Positions 63,142 through 64,000 of a DNA stretch of 64,000 nt are shown here, piece by piece (position 1 is the stretch's first letter; every line of letters starts with the position of its first letter). The notes under the pieces were generated by a model. That model did not search any database. It saw nothing but the letters and a program-made list of their open reading frames with translations, and had not been told where the DNA came from. The position numbers and the translations under genes are program-made. This DNA comes from Candidatus Shapirobacteria bacterium (lineage in GTDB: Bacteria; Patescibacteriota; Microgenomatia; UM-FILTER-40-11): positions 104,301 to 168,300 of the forward strand of contig JAGVBK010000002.1 of the NCBI GenBank assembly GCA_020059745.1, given 5' to 3'.

Positions 63142-63477
63142 ATGAAGCTGTTGCTTGATCTTTTAGTAAAAACTGCGGCAATCTTTATTTCTGCCTACAT
63201 TCTTGAGGGTGTAGTGGTCAGGGATTTTTTAACTGCTTTTATAGTTGCCATAGTTTTGGGCTTGATAAATCTTGTTATCAAACCAATCCTCATTCTGCTA
63301 ACACTACCAATAAATGTCCTTACATTGGGACTTTTTACACTTGTTATTAATGCTTTCCTTATCCTCCTTGTCGGTAGAATTGTCCCCGGTTTTACTGTGG
63401 CCAGTTTTGGCTGGGCTCTTGCCTTTGGTATTATTTTAGCTCTGGTAAACTGGTTCCTCAGCCGTATAATTAAGTAG
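63142..63477 (+). CDS. DUF360 / phage-holin-4-like membrane protein
   Basis: 111 aa with four hydrophobic helices. The pattern LGLINL.IKPIL..LTLP...LTLGLF is typical of the YvlD/DUF360 family. Confidence 0.6.
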   Translation: MKLLLDLLVKTAAIFISAYILEGVVVRDFLTAFIVAIVLGLINLVIKPILILLTLPINVLTLGLFTLVINAFLILLVGRIVPGFTVASFGWALAFGIILALVNWFLSRIIK

Positions 63478-63630
63478 CTTTCTCCTCTTCTATTTCCATT
63501 TAGAGAAAGTTGTGTTATAATTTCTGCTCAGATACCCTGACTTTGTCTAAGTTTCACCGTCTCTGGTTAACCTAGAGCACTAGGAAAACTCACAGAGCTC
63601 TAGGGGCCCGAGAGGAGGTGAAATTTTTAA

Positions 63631-63909
63631 ATGGCATATCAGGATCAAGTTCTTAAATGTAAAGAATGCGGTAACGAGTTTACTTGGACCGCTTCTGAGC
63701 AGGAATTCTACGCCCAAAAAGGCTTTCAGAATGCTCCCCAAAGATGTCCTTCCTGCCGTCAGGCAAGAAAACAGCAATTAAGGGGTAACCGGCAAATGCA
63801 CACTGCTGTCTGCGCTCAATGTGGTAAAGAGTGTGAAGTTCCTTTTGAACCAAGAGGTGACAAACCGGTTTACTGCAACGAGTGTTACCAACAGCATAAA
63901 AACGGTTAA
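63631..63909 (+). CDS. Zinc-ribbon protein (CxxC-x17-CxxC type, duplicated)
   Basis: 92 aa. CKECG...F.W...EQ.FY..KGF...P.RCP.CR is followed by a second CAQCG...CNEC unit. Confidence 0.65.
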   Translation: MAYQDQVLKCKECGNEFTWTASEQEFYAQKGFQNAPQRCPSCRQARKQQLRGNRQMHTAVCAQCGKECEVPFEPRGDKPVYCNECYQQHKNG

Positions 63910-63927
63910 CACTTTATTGAAACAATA

Positions 63928-63955
63928 AACCCCGCCGACTCGGCGGGGTTTTTGG
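63928..63955 (+). terminator. Intrinsic terminator
   Basis: AACCCCGCCG-ACU-CGGCGGGGUUUUU. Confidence 0.8.
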
Positions 63956-64000
63956 TTGGCAAAAAAGGATTGAGGAGCGTTTTTCGCGGATAAGTTTTTT

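Noticed and set aside
1-64000. CRISPR arrays, rRNA genes, IS transposases, reverse transcriptases
   Set aside because: I scanned for regularly spaced direct repeats, rRNA-like conserved blocks and the characteristic catalytic motifs in the ORF track. I found none.

Overview
This is an AT-rich, gene-dense bacterial segment. Its gene content resembles a small-genome Candidate Phyla Radiation (Patescibacteria-like) organism; that placement is inference from content, not a search result. Recognisable core blocks, in order:

- yqeY-rpsU, a DHH phosphoesterase and rseP.
- A GT-C-like, GT1 and GT2 envelope glycosylation cluster.
- frr-tsf-rpsB.
- A one-carbon/dTMP/dNTP block: folD-glyA-tmk-thyX-dut-nrdD.
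- topA-dprA and mrdA-mreDCB.
- def-fmt and rpmB.
- tRNAs Thr(UGU), Tyr(GUA), Thr(GGU), Arg(CCU) and Pro(CGG).
- rpmG ... secE-nusG-rplK-rplA ... rplJ-rplL.
- A second mreB and an ECF sigma operon.

Several short patches that are visibly richer in G+C sit on this backbone, along with other unusual structures:

1. Two loci where an intact tRNA gene is preceded by, or nested in, a tRNA-half-like sequence. Both halves carry a homologous GC-rich hairpin (41104-41355 and 62000-62095).
2. Two tandem promoter-to-terminator units with no convincing ORF and strong closing helices (about 16927-17645). Similar orphan GC-rich units lie at 50147-50505 and 61366-61662.
3. A cassette bounded by a 15-bp perfect inverted repeat that encodes an orphan 197-aa protein. 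It sits directly after rplL, where rpoB normally lies.
4. A roughly 2.8-kb GC-rich island encoding three exported or membrane proteins (8350-11100).
5. Two tandem sortase plus sorting-signal-protein modules with mosaic near-identical DNA tracts, followed by a VirD4/TraD-like P-loop ATPase.

I recognised no CRISPR array, transposase, integrase or reverse transcriptase. All functional calls rest on motifs read from the translations. No database search was possible.
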